From positions 19,068 to 83,067 of the forward strand of contig JAADVB010000060.1 of NCBI GenBank assembly GCA_023334545.1: DNA of 64,000 bases, written 5' to 3'. Origin of the DNA: Salisapilia sapeloensis CBS 127946. Taxonomy: Eukaryota; Protista; Oomycota. Below the pieces are notes generated by a model. It did not search any database. It worked only from the letters and a program-made list of their open reading frames with translations, and had not been told where the DNA came from. This document shows, piece by piece, positions 1 to 12,581 of this stretch (its first letter is position 1; each line of letters begins with the position of its first letter). The translations under genes were made by a program, and so were the position numbers.

Positions 1-2
1 AC

Positions 3-461
3 CATGAAGGTCGAGGCATCACACAGGTCCAATTCTCACCAGACGGTCGATTGCTGTGCACTGCTGCCAGACGTGATGGACAGCTTCAATTGTGGGACAT
101 TCGACAGACAAGAGAAGTCGTGTACACTTTGCATCGCACAAACGATACGAATCAGCGATTAAACTTTGACTTTCACTGTGGTGGGAGGTACCTTGTTACA
201 GGTAGTCAAGATGGACGCGTCTTGCTGTATGATTTGATGGATGGCAGTCTCGTGGACGATCGGATCCAATTGTCTGACGCTACGAATGGGATCAGTTTCT
301 TCCCAGATCAGACGAGAGCTCGAGTGGCAGTGACGACTGGTCAAAGACACTTCGAGTTACCTGAAGACATGGAAGATAGCGATGGAGAAGAGCAACAAAC
401 GTGGCAAAATACGCTGCAAGTGTTTGAGTATGCAAAACAAGTGAAAGAAGTAGGAAGCTAA
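3..461 (+). CDS. WRAP53: 3' part of WD40 protein TCAB1/WDR79 (telomerase Cajal body protein); 5' end lies outside the window
   Basis: The frame is open from position 3: HEGRGITQVQFSPDGRLLCTAARRDGQLQLWDIR...RTNDTNQRLNFDF...GRYLVTGSQDG. This matches the characteristic TCAB1 segments GHxGGITH...GARKD...WDLR and TNQRIYFD. Confidence 0.8.
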   Translation, partial: HEGRGITQVQFSPDGRLLCTAARRDGQLQLWDIRQTREVVYTLHRTNDTNQRLNFDFHCGGRYLVTGSQDGRVLLYDLMDGSLVDDRIQLSDATNGISFFPDQTRARVAVTTGQRHFELPEDMEDSDGEEQQTWQNTLQVFEYAKQVKEVGS

Positions 462-478
462 ATAGATGTCGACGTGAT

Positions 479-1360
479 TTATCGAGTTCGACCCAGACCA
501 CCAAACGACTTTCGTTCTTCCTTGTCTCTCTTTTCCTCTCGTTCTTCCCTCGAGTATTGAGGTCTGGCTGACGGCGCGGAAGGCTCCATTCGTCCTCGCC
601 ATCCACTCGAGCTTGCAGTAGGAGTAGCCTTTTCCTGTATCTTCTTGCTTTCTTCTTTCTCAGCTAGTTGAGCACGTCGTCTCTGAACCTCTTGCACGTG
701 CTTGGATTGCTTTTCCTCAATCTTACGCAGTTTCTTCGCTTTCTTTCGCTCCTTCTTTTCTGCCTTTTTGCGTTTCTTTCGCTCCTTCTTATCTTCAGCA
801 GGAGCTTCAAATACGTTTTGACCATGCTGGATGTCGTAATTGGTCGCCAGCTCTTTGCCTTCGTACGCGTGTCCAGGCAATCCTCGTGGCCCCTAGCTAT
901 ATGTTAGCATCGTTACTTATATATGCTAGTAGATAAGCAAATGTACCATTGCTGAAGCATTTTCAGAGTCAGAATCCTCAGCTTCACGAGCTTCATCTCG
1001 TTCTCGTACTTCCTTCGGCAGCTTATACTTGAGGACATGGTCCACGCGCAGTGTACGATCGAGCACAGAGGCACCATTAAGGTTGTCTACTGCTAGAATA
1101 GTACTGCGTTGGTCTTCATACTTTGCAAACGCAAATCCTTTCGATTTTCCTGTTTTTTCATCCCGAACGAGGTTAAGGTCCTCGATCTCTCCGAATTGGC
1201 TCAGCACACAAATCACATCTCCTTCCGACAGCTCATACGGCAATCCTCCGACATATACCCACGCCGATTCCTTGTACTTGGCGTGCCAAGAGGCTTCCAA
1301 CGGGATATTCAGCTCGAGTTCACGCTCATTAATCCGCTGAATCTCCGCCACGACGTTCAT
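479..1360 (-). CDS. RBMX2: RES complex RRM protein (RBMX2/Snu17/Ist3), 2 exons
   Basis: MNVVAEIQRINERE...SWHAKYKESAWVYVGGLPYELSEGDVICVLSQFGEI...SKGFAFAKYEDQRSTILAVDNLNG...RVDHV. GT-AG intron 893..946 joins it to a K/E/R-rich C-terminal exon. Likely ATG at 1360. Confidence 0.92.
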
Positions 1361-1455
1361 TTCGTGTTTCGTGTCCAAACTTTGTGTCCGATCATTTTTA
1401 TCCAATCCGATTATGTAAAAAGTGTTATCTGCCAATCATATATCTTTATTTCCGT

Positions 1456-3029
1456 TTAGGCAGCTTTTCCTTCCGTGATGCCTTCCATTCGATCCAATAC
1501 GGTCTTGTAGAGCTTACTCTCTTCGCCGTGGGTGATCTGAAGCATCTCAAGTGCTTTTCTACCTATTATGACGGCTTTTGAATGGTTTGATGGAGAAGCC
1601 ATTAAAGTGATGTCCAAGAGTGTCGTCAGGTAGATGCTCGCCATGGGGTGAGGTCCGGCGTACACCCAGTCATAAAACGCTAGAATGTCAGTTGCATATA
1701 ATTCTGCAGTAGCAAAGTCATTTCGCTCTAATGCCTGGTTGGACATTGTTGTCATGGCTTGTAATATATGCGAGTTGTGTGGATGAAGTTTGGTCTTTAA
1801 GCGTTGATAGATCGCTTCCTTGTCATCTGTGGTTTGTAGTTGTCCAAGGAGAGTATCGACTTCCAGTTTTTCACTTTCAGACCATTCATTTTGCGGTATT
1901 CCATCGTATGAGGCATCCAACACAGCGTCACGTTGGGCGCTGTCTGACATTGGGACGGAGCACCGGCTGCAGTTACAAGTAAAGTGATATCTATCTTGTA
2001 GATGTTCCTGTCTTTTAGCACGAGGCAGTGCTGCATCCACTATGTTTCCATGTTAAGATTCGACGAGTGAAAGATCTCGTAGGAACGTACCGTAGTTGAT
2101 CGTTACTTCCTCACCAGGATGCAAAGTGTGCAGTAGACGCAACGTCAACGTGTGAGAGTCTTCATCAAACCTGCACACGAGCTTAAGTAAATGAAACATG
2201 GAAGAGAGATCTAGAGCATGTACATGACGGTGCAGTTGGCATCACAGCTGTGGTTGGCCATGGAGGCTAGAGGGTAGCATCCAGCACCCAATGGATAGAA
2301 ACGCTCGTCACAAATTGTAAAATTGTTATTTTTGAATCTGCTGAGCATTCGCGTGAGGTCACTGACGTCATGCTCCCTTGCTATTGCCACATAGGTTTAG
2401 ATATGATGTGATCTATAGTGTAAGAAGGGTCTGTACCATCCAAAAGACCGATTTTAACAGCTAATCCGGCAATGAGGGTGAGTACTTGGTCACAATCTTC
2501 TTCGAACCAGACCATGTCTGCCGGAAGAGGGTTTTGATTCACCCCAGCTTCAGCATTTGTCTGGTGACTTGTCAGGAGACGAGAGACTCTCCCGAGAAGG
2601 AGAACATCAGCAATAAGTGCCGCCGTCAAGTTGAGTTTCACAAGGTCTTTGAGTTTCTTGCATTCGACCTTGTGATGTGGTTTCCAGTCCGCTGCTTGGC
2701 ACTGTCGAGAGCCTAGTTGTGAGAATATCAATTACAATTAAGTAATAATAAGTATATCAATGCATCTTACAATAGTAGACGGTTTTGCAAGAGCCACATC
2801 GCTGCAGTGATCGTCCGATATCAGCCTCTTGGAAGCAAGTATGACAGCGAGTAGACCACATCTCCGGGTCCAGCATCTTGGCAGTTGGTTCAGTGCGTAA
2901 AATGATCGTACCATCTTCTACTGGTGATGCTATGCTATCTTTCAGATAGATACCACGACCATGGTCGCCTGACACGTCTCCATTATTGCCGGAAGCGTCC
3001 GAGCTGCTGATGCATATCAAAGCGTTCAT
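1456..3029 (-). CDS. SET and MYND domain protein (SMYD-type lysine methyltransferase), 5 exons
   Basis: MYND finger (CHTCF...RCGSCKTVYYCSRQCQAADWKPHHKVEC), SET motifs MANHSCDANC and GEEVTINY, post-SET HFTCNCSRC, and a TPR-like C-terminus. Introns 2713..2770, 2381..2436, 2171..2223 and 2040..2090 all preserve frame. Confidence 0.92.
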
Positions 3030-3106
3030 ATTTATTGTCAGCAGGTCGTTCCAATGTTGCGTTGAGGTTGTTCAATCTAGAAGAGTCGTTGAGCAGCTTC
3101 AAGGTC

Positions 3107-4120
3107 ATGGGGATCGAGTGGTCGTCTGCACAAGTGCTTCCTTCAGGGGTTCGACAGAGGATCTGGACGAACGATGGAGGTTTGTATGGTGCTAGAAAAT
3201 CCATGCCCATGTCAGAAGCACTTGTAATGTGCGATGATGGAGATTTGCTTCTTAGTCGAGCGAATGTCACGGTGACAACGAGCCGACAAGTGTCCATGCC
3301 TCCGGAGATTGTCAAGAACATTGTCGACATGGTTCATGGTGATTTCTCATCAGTCCATGCTGCAGATCTACCAAGTAGGTTGTATATTTGATTTGAATTT
3401 AAAAAAATGAATCATGTAAATGATGTGTGGAAGTTTGGAATAGGCAAGTAGATCTATTTTGATATGCTTATCTACGCTTCTTAAGGTTTATCTAGATGTG
3501 GTATTCTGCTACGAAAGGATGGAGAGCTGCATATTCTACACGCTGACAAAGACGGTCTCAGCTTGGGTCGTCTGGAAGATGTTCTTGAGGCCGGGTCCAA
3601 GCGCAACGACAAGGTATGGAAACCTACCTACTCTCTTTGTCGCACTATCCATCACCCTGCGTAGTTTGCAGTCCGGCGATTCCGTTGTCCAGAAGCATTT
3701 GAGTCCATCATAAGTTTAAAAAGCGAGATAGAAACCACAAATTGTCCAAGATGGACCAAATTAATCGAGGTGCTGTCGAAGAAAGATACAAGCCAAGCAA
3801 ATGCAGTCGAGTTACCACCAAGCCTACGAAAAGTTCTGACAAGAACCTTACAGCTCTATCTCTGCCAGACGGCAACTCCGTCCACAACAGTCGTTCCTGT
3901 ACACCAAGATCCTATCGCAACACTCAACGCAGCCTTGATCGTCGCTTTCTACGAGCACCTTGCAGTCGTTTCGCCATCACAAGCCAACTCCACTAGCTAT
4001 GACGCTCTCCATCCGTCATCTCTCGCGTCCTACCCATGCCAAAACTTTAATCACGTCCGGTTCATATCCGATACACTTCTCGCCACGGAAGCTGCACTCA
4101 TCAATCGTTCATGTCAATAA
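3107..4120 (+). CDS. Possible uncharacterised multi-exon gene; structure unresolved
   Basis: Protein-like open frames at 3107-3376, about 3486-3613 (SLSRCGILLRKDGELHILHADKDGLSLGRLEDVLEAGSKRNDK) and 3770-4120, with donor-like gtaggt/gtatgg sites. I could not join them into one model and recognised no homology. Confidence 0.3.
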
Positions 4121-4312
4121 ACAAACAGCCTGCATGGTTGCAATGATCGAAAGCGAAAACTGTTTTATTTTCGTCGTTGGCAGCATCCTAGCTTCAAAGC
4201 TCGTAATCCTCCGCTCATTCCATTCTTATCCTCCATACAAATCCTCCTTCGCTGCACCTTCACATCCAAGTATACTCGACAGAAATTCAAAGCGTCTGTT
4301 CCATTCTGAAAC

Positions 4313-7300
4313 TTACGACTGTGTAGATTCGGCCATGACCGCATCCGACGTCGTTGAACTCGTACTCGCAGCGGCATTCGACCGCGCAGCCTGTTGTTGC
4401 AAGTACCGCCGCATGTCCGCACAACGCTGGACCTTGCACTCGTCATACGGCTTCGTGCATTGTCTCGCGTGCGCAGCCAAGACACCACGAATGCGTCGGC
4501 ACAGCAAACACGCTTGGCGTTGCTCACACGACCGTTCGTGCTGCAGCATCGCGCGCATGCGCTTGCAGTGCATGAACGTACACTCTGGATCCGTACAAGT
4601 GCTCGAGTGATCTAGTTGCACGAGCAAATTCGGGTCTACATTATGAATCCTTCGCTGCTTGTTCTTCTCCGTGTTGCTATCCGCAGACGTCTCCGTGTGG
4701 TCAGCAGACGCAGGCGATCCGGCAGGAGACGCCTGCTGCAACTTGCGCTTGCGAGTACTCTTCGGTGTCTTAGTAGAAGAGGTAGCCTGCTTCTTCTTCG
4801 AAGGACGACCTCGTCCGGCAGGAGGAGATGGGTCCTGCGCGAGTGCAGCTGCAGTGTCCTGTGCTTCGATCGCGACGGGGTCGTCGAGAGGAAGGCCGGC
4901 ACCAGGACGAGGGATGGGGACGATTTTGAAGAGATGGAGCGTGTGCTCGTGCGTCGACTTCGCCTTGCAGTCATCACAGAGGTTGAACACAGGGCAGACA
5001 GAGCAGTTCCATCGGTTGCCACTGACGAGTGCTGTTTTGCATCGAGAGCAGCTGAAGGTAAAGCCTGTGGTACCTTGGTTGAATAGATGATACAGGACCA
5101 TCATCGACGAATGCTTTGCACGTCGGAGCTGATCGAACTGGCAGTGGTTGTTCTGACAGTACATGAGGAAGGCCTCGCGAGTGTCAAAGATCTCGCACGG
5201 CATGACCACATCATCGATCTCACCGTCACTCTTGCGCGTCGCTTGCTCCTTTCCTTCCTCCGTCTTCGTGTCTTTCGACTCCCCTTCCGTTGACTCCTTC
5301 TTGACATACGCATCGAGACTTTCCTCCTTCTTGTCACTTGTACCTGCCTCTATCTTCTCTTCTTTAATAGCTGGTGCCTTCTCCTCTTGCTCTACCGTCG
5401 GCTCGACGTACTCGAGTGTGAGTGGGAACTTCAGTTCTTGCAGATCCAAGTCGGTAAGTTCTGACGCCGACGCCTTTTCATTCGAAGCAGCGAGTCGTCG
5501 ACCGACTTCCTCCGCACGTTTGACACCAACAGCAGCCGTCTCGAGTCGACTGGATAACTGCGTCTTGTTCGCTTCATAGCAAGAGGTGCAGTAGTAGTGC
5601 TGATAGTGTCGTGGCGGAGTGTTCCGGACACTAGAAGACGACGGCCTGATCTTCTTGACAGCTTCTAGGAGATTTGCGACGGCTGCAGACGGCTTGTGGG
5701 TCGTCAAGTGCCAGTAGCCTTGGTTGACCATCGCTTGACCACACTTGTGGCACTTTGGATAGAGGTCGACGACAAAGAAATCATCTTTTTGTGGCTCGAG
5801 AATGCCTTTTAGTTTTTGCATGAGCGGATCAGGATTGACGACGACCTTATTGGGTGTACTCGGCCTGTTCATGGCCTTGCCTCCTTTCTTCGACCTCGAC
5901 TTGGATGCACTACGTGTCGCAGCGCCTTTCGGTTCTTTATCCTTTTTCCCTCTCTTCTTCTCGTTCGTCTGCTTCTGGTACGACGACGACTCTTGGACAG
6001 GTGAAGCCGTTGGACTCTTGGCTTCCATCGTCGAGACAGAAGTCTCTTGTCCCTCCGCCGTTTTCTCTCCACGACCATTCGCAGGTTTCTCCTCTAACTG
6101 TTTAATCAAGTCTTCTGCTAATCGAGGCCAGTAGTCTCCTTCAAAGTACGGCAGATCGACTGCGCGTTTCTTCTTGAGATAGTACTCGGCATATAGGTTG
6201 GAGATATTGACGACAAGACCTTCTTTTTGAGCAGCCTTGAGTAGTTTCTGATACCACTGTCGTAGTCGAGCAGACTTGGGGATCTTCTGGTTCTCAGGCT
6301 TGCAGAAGAAGATGTAGTCATCACCTTTTAGTGGCGGACAGGACCAAATGTGTGCCGTGTGAAAACCTCGATTCTTACAGTCTTCAAAGAAGCCCAACAT
6401 GACTTGTTGATGCATGAGCGTGCGGAACTTTTTCGGTAAAAAGAAATTGACAGAGTCCAAGTACGACACGTACACGCGTCCAGCGTTTGGAGACAACGAG
6501 TCAGGACCGTACTCTTGGACATAAAGCGTAAAGATAAGCACGTCGACACCTTCAAGCTCTTGGAAGACACAAATGCAGCGAGATCGGTACGTTAGTTGGA
6601 GAGAAGAACCATTTCCGCTCTTCGTCTGCTCTTTGCCATTGCTCTGGCTATCTGCTCCTGACCTTTTCCGTTTAAGCGATCGTTTCTTTGGTGTCTTCGT
6701 ACCTGCAATCTCTAAGGAAGCGTCTGTCTGGCCTTGACTCTGGCCTCCGTACTCTTCTTCTAGTAGCTTTCCTAGTCTTGGCTTTACTTGCACTTGCTTT
6801 TCGACACTCAGGACTTCACGTATAGTGATACGGAGCTTGGTGTCGGACTGGACAGGTTCACTACCACGCACTGTCCCAACACGGTCGGAGCTCCCGAGGT
6901 TTCCCATACGATAGTCTTCCTCCTCTTCTGCTTGCTTTAGAGACCGAAGGACACGCTCTTCGATCAACTTGGCCATACGCGTAAGAGGCAATCGGCGGGC
7001 TTTTAACCCGTTGTCGACCGAAGGTGGCACGCCAGACGCACGCTGCTTCTTCGTGCAGACGGGACAGACGAAGGGTTCTTGCTCGCCAGAGATCGCGTGG
7101 TTGCGTTCGTTGAATAAAGCGCAGATCTGGTGGTACCAGAGCTTACATGCGTCACATTCGACCCACGGTTCTTCCGCGACTTCACTGTTCTTCCGCTTCA
7201 CAAGCGATGATTTCGTGAGTACGCCGTCGAAAGGAGCGATTCCACCTGGCGCAACCTCAGACGTCTCGGCCGTCGGTACAGATAGCTGTGGCAAGGCAGA

Positions 7301-10300
7301 CATGTCGATAGGACCGTCCTTCATCTGCTTGTAGCAGTTTGAGCACCAGTGATGCTCGCCTCGTGGATCGCTATAGTAGTGCGTATGACGACGAATACGT
7401 CCGCCACAAGGACCGCTGCAGAAGAGCATGCACGGAGCAAACTTGAACGAGTCGCCACCACAGAGCTGACAGATTTCATCTCGTCGCTGCTCACATCGTT
7501 TAAACAATTGGTTCTCGAGCTGTTTTTTCAGCGAAGCAAGCGATCGGTTGAACGACGCTAAGAGCTGTTTGGCTGCCTGGTTGAACTTGTTCGCGCTACT
7601 ATTGTACGCGATGCAGTTTTCAAAGACAAGTCGAACGTCTCCGGCAAAGGCTTCGACACTATTGTAGTGTTCATTCTCCAATCGTTTCTTGATCGTCCCT
7701 AAGTCCATGGGACACTTGACAATATCAAAGTAGTCTGGGATATTCCATTGGACAGGATCCACAGGCGAGTTAAACGTCCATCCGAACTCACTTTCCATGA
7801 GTTTCGTTAATAATGGCATTAAACGATTCTTGAGTTCCGGAAGGGAAATGTGACCACAGAAGCTAAAACGTAACGACCGAATGTGTTCCTCCAACTGCTC
7901 CGCGGACATGGAATCCAGGTACGAAATGTCTTGGTCGGAAGAGTGCTGACCGTTCTGTAAATCAGCCTGTGTGCCACGTACCACAAGTCCATTGAGTACC
8001 ATCGGCTCTGCTTTGCCTCGACCTCGCTGGGTCTTCGCCTGTGCTCGCGCTTTGGCAACCTTGGCTTGCTCCTTACGCCGCATCTTTTTCTCCTTTTCAC
8101 TCTGCAGTCGCACTGGTTTCTTCTGTCCGGACGTATCGGCTGTGTCACTCTCATCGACACTTTTGTCCATGATTCCATCGCCACTCGCGTCTCCGTTGGA
8201 AGCTTGCGAACCGGTTTCGTGGTTCGAAGCGGATGTCGTAGCGTTGATAACTGCTGTCGTGGTGTTCATGACCTTGACGAGCGCACGGACATTGTCCGGA
8301 GCTTGATTCGCATGCGTCTGGAGTTTGGTCGCGTCTCCTTTCGCAGCATCTACGAGACGAATGGCATGCTGGACAGGTCCACAGACGTCGCACTTGAGCT
8401 TAGAGCATTGCTTAAAGTGCGACAAGACGTATCTAGACGATATGCAGTGCTCCGTTCGACACTGCGGCTGCTTGCAACTGCAAATGTGTTTCCACAAGAG
8501 CTTCATGCCACTGCAATACGGAAGCGGACACGAGTCAGAGTTGCAAGTGCTCACGTGGCGTAGCATACACAACCGTTCTTGCTGCCTACGAAGCACGAGC
8601 TTCTGTTCATTCTCGTTCAGACGTGGCCTAATGGCACTACAGACATCGCATCGAAGGTTCCGACACTTGCGAAAGTGAGAGAGTAGCTGCCTTGTGGATT
8701 TGCATCCGACTGTCGCACAATTCGCATCTGCACAGCGTGATACGTGCGCGAGAAGAGCTCTAGTGCGCCCACAGTACTCGACGCTACAGTTATTCGAAGA
8801 ACATGTGCGAGCGTGCTTTAACTGGATGAGTCGCCTCTTGAGCTCCTCTCGTTTCTGCGCGATCGAAGCGTCATTCATCGGCACTGCAGCTGGCCTCGAG
8901 TTCCCAGATCCATCAAATGATCCGCTCGTGTTCATTGCCATGCTAGAAGAAGCTGCTTGTCGCTGCTGCATCTGCTGTAGCTGTTGCATCCGCCTCAATT
9001 GCTGCATCTGTTGCATCTGCTGCATTTGCTGCAACTGAGGACCAGATAGACCCATCGTCGAGTACATACCAGAGCTCATGGCAGGCGCTGAAACCATAGC
9101 AGGAGACTGCTGCTGGCTACTAAAGTTACCAACAGAGCCACTTGACATGCCACCGCTCATGTCCAATGGTACACTCATCGGCACGCTGTTGAACTGAGCA
9201 GATGACACTGCTCCGGCGTTCATGGCACCAGACGTATCGCTTCCATCACCAAACCCAGCGACTGCTTTCGCACCTGGTTGTAGCTCCGATGCAGGCATCT
9301 CTATCGGTTTATCACTAATCCCGTTCGCCATTTCATTCGTCTCTCGTTCGAGTTCATCAAGAATAGACGCGTTGTTGGCGCTCATGGAGCTACTGCTAGC
9401 AGCCATCGGCATGGACGTTGTCGATGGGTTCACTTGACTTGTACCCATGGATGCCATGGGTTGTTGTGAGAAAGGAGCGCTGGACAGACTATTTCGGGAC
9501 GACTGGAACTGCGCTGCGAGTTGCTGCTGCTGGCGTTGTAATAGCTGCATTTGTTGCTGCTGAAGCTGTTGCTGCGTCTGGTCTGGATTAACGGACGTCG
9601 ACTGAGCTGAAGTACTGGCATTGGATGGAGCAGAGGAAGCGGACGGATTCTGCTGCCGTTGCTGTCTCCTGGAACTGTTGAGAGCTTGCTGCAACCGAGC
9701 TTTTAAAGTGTGCAAGTCCTTGTACTCGTCCTTGGACTTCGCACCCATGTAGAGCATGTGCTCTAGCCTCCTTGCGATCTCACGTGGATTGTAATCAGCC
9801 GATTGCGGTCGATTGGAACTCTTCATGATCAGCGTAAAGCTAATATATGACCGTTCGTTTAGCTATAATGAATACGAGATATGAAGATGAGCGTACATTA
9901 TTTTAGCGATTTGCTGCCGAGTAGATCGGTCTGCATCCTTGTCTCTCCAATCCGAACCTCCGTTTGACATGGTAGCACTTACCTGACCAGTACCATTACT
10001 TGTACCGACCGTATCGTTCGTGCCAATAGATTTCGAGTCAGCGCCAACACCGGATACTCCCGTATGTGTTCCTTCGCTTGCAACTGGACCTGCTGGAGAG
10101 GATCCTAGTGCCGAATCGTCTTCGTTTGTTTCCCCCGTATTGGCCCCTGACTCGACCGTAGAGTTCATGCCCTAGAACCACGTTGTTAAGATCTTGTTTA
10201 TAGGCGTAGTTGGGATAAAAATATACGTTTGATGTCGTGGCAGTCGAGTTCGCAGTAGGTTCCGTGCTAGATTGTGGTGGCATCGATTGCTCTAAAGCGG

Positions 10301-10304
10301 ACAT
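4313..10304 (-). CDS. CREBBP: CBP/p300-family histone acetyltransferase (KAT3), 3 exons
   Basis: Two N-terminal TAZ fingers, bromodomain (FNSPVDP...PDYFDIVKCPMDLGTIKKRL...CIAYN), RING/PHD, HAT motifs YVSYLDSV, HIWSCPPLKGDDYIF and LPYFEGDYWP, then ZZ and a C-terminal TAZ. Frame-preserving introns 10172..10226 and 9840..9896 add an N-terminal Med15/KIX-like helical domain. Confidence 0.95.
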
Positions 10305-12581
10305 GCGCTGCTAAAAACAGAATCCTACACTGCCCGTAACGATCTTCCGACTATGGATTGCCACAAGAAAATTGTCAATCAGGACTGCGAGGCATGCGTT
10401 AATACAGCACACTCACGTTGCTACCTTTTCCTACAGTTTGCAAGCTTGGTGCTGCAGGAATATCGCTTTTCGAAAGATTAAACTGGAAATCCAAAGCTCC
10501 TAGAGAATTTCAATCCAATGTCAGTATATGCCGTTTAAATCATCCAATATGGACTATAAAAGCACGAATGGATGTACACATCCAGTCCGATGATAATCAA
10601 ACGTCATGGACATCCATACGCAGAAATATAGATAAGGAGACTACTTTATAGTTTCACTTGCAAGTTACATTTTATACATACCGAAAGAGAAGATTTGACT
10701 TGGATTTTGTATGGAAACGATGTTCGTCCCAAAAAGAATGCTGATCCTCCGAGCGCCGAGGGACAGGCCAGGACGAGGCTAGTGCGGTAAAAGGCCTCTT
10801 TTAGGGAACTTGTGGGATCGAAGAAGCGAATACGTGAGGTTCTCCGCGTCTGCGATGTCGACAGGAGCGACGGAGCCGTCTCAAAAACTGTCACGTAGTA
10901 GAGGAGAATTACCTTTGTTTTTCTTTTTCTCTTCCCCCCGAACCAGAAATATTTGCCGCCACATGATTGGTCCGTTTGTCCCGTTTAATCTGGATGTATA
11001 AATATCCACCACCGGGTCTCGAAATAGTAACCCTGTTCAGGACTAAATCATCGATAATGGATCGTGAATTGTCATGACGGCAACTTAATCTGTACGATTT
11101 AACGTACGAAAAAAGACGAATTAATGCATTTTGTGTACGAAAGAAAAGAAAAAAGAAAGAAAGTGGCCACTATCCAAATTATTATTGTAGAGTCTGCTAC
11201 TAGCGTGAATAACGGCAATTTGTAGATGCAAAAAGCTAACTTTTAATGTGGTAATCTTCGTTTTGTGTTTTCCAAGATTGATATCGACAAGACAGATTTC
11301 CCCCCTGATTGTTATTATGCTTGGATTAGTCTTTTCGACGGCTAAAAAGTAATCATCTTTTTTGGTGTTGCTTTCTCGAAGCCTGGATACACTCAGCTCT
11401 GCACCTTGCTCCTTTTCGACGATAAGTAGACAGCAATGGAAACCCATCCGGATCGATAGGAATGGTTCAGTTTTGCTTTTTATTTTCGATATGCCTTGCT
11501 CAATTCGTATAGGAGTTATCTTCTCCTGATAACAATAGACACGCAATAGCTCTCTTGTTCTCCCTTCGATCTTCTCTTTCGTTTTATCTTCGAATAGAAA
11601 TTCTACCTTTCTACAGCTTAGAAATCAATGTCCAGGATCATAATCAAATAGGCCTAACTTACTATCCATTACACGAGCGTGAAATGCATTCCACTCTTCT
11701 TTCTCTCTTTTATAACCTCATGCGCGAGAGCTTGCTTTTATTCCGCACGAAGTGTTAGTTTCCAAAGATGACAGAGATGCGATCACGATCCGATAGTCAA
11801 GGCGTAGCCATACAAGACAATATTCATAACCTCGGTTTTTAGTATCGCCTCTGGATTCAACTAACGTGAACAAGTCCAAGGAAAATCTATTGGCAAGATA
11901 TATTCAAGAAACATTGAGCGATTGGAAGGTTTATGGCGGATATCATACAGCGCCCAATCGACAGCATTAGCGTGTCATTTGATTGTCTGGGTTACAACCA
12001 AAACAATAACTTCAGTTGTACAATCAAACCATTCACGATCCTCTACTTCTACACGTTGCTAGCTACCACTTTTATTCACTTTACGAGTAAGTTAAAATGT
12101 AGAGAAATTTTACAGGAAAGTACAAATTGGAAATGACACGCAGCTTTTGGTAGATCCCACAAAAGCGTAAACACGTCTAATCTTATGTTCATGATAGGGA
12201 TACTACGCCTAAAGCTAGCATACACCCGTACATCATAACTGATAATTTCAAAGGCGTAAACTAATTCGTAATCGGCATTTAAACTAAAGGAATTCTTTCA
12301 TAGATAGTGGGCCCTCTGCAACGAGAGGAGACAACAGAAATTGGAATAGGCTACAAGAGCCTCTTCACGGGGTTTGGATGTAGTTTTCAACTAGCAATCA
12401 CGACGACTCAGCTAGAGCTTCAGTGCCGATCGTTTTGCCCCAAGCGCAAAGATGCTCACATAGATGTTCTAGCATTTAATTTATACTCTTTTCAAAATAC
12501 TACTGGTTTCAACATACTTTATCACTTGTTCTAACGGACGCTCTAGGAGCCGCACACAAACCACCACCAGAACAACGAGCC

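Noticed and set aside
4165-9621. Many 60-216 aa ORFs overlapping CBP, and likewise those over the glucan synthase, SF3B1, EDR2-like and DAK genes
   Set aside because: They are antisense or alternative-frame shadows of long coding regions with no recognisable motifs.
9977-9985. ACTTACCTG resembling the U1 snRNA 5' end
   Set aside because: It lies antisense within a CBP coding exon and no U1 stem-loops follow.
10785-10795. GCCTTTTAC on the minus strand, the invariant U5 snRNA loop 1 sequence
   Set aside because: The flanks (AAAGAG / CGCACT) cannot form the U5 stem and I see no convincing Sm site at the right distance; likely a chance 9-mer inside a short TAAAAG-GCCT-CTTTTA hairpin.
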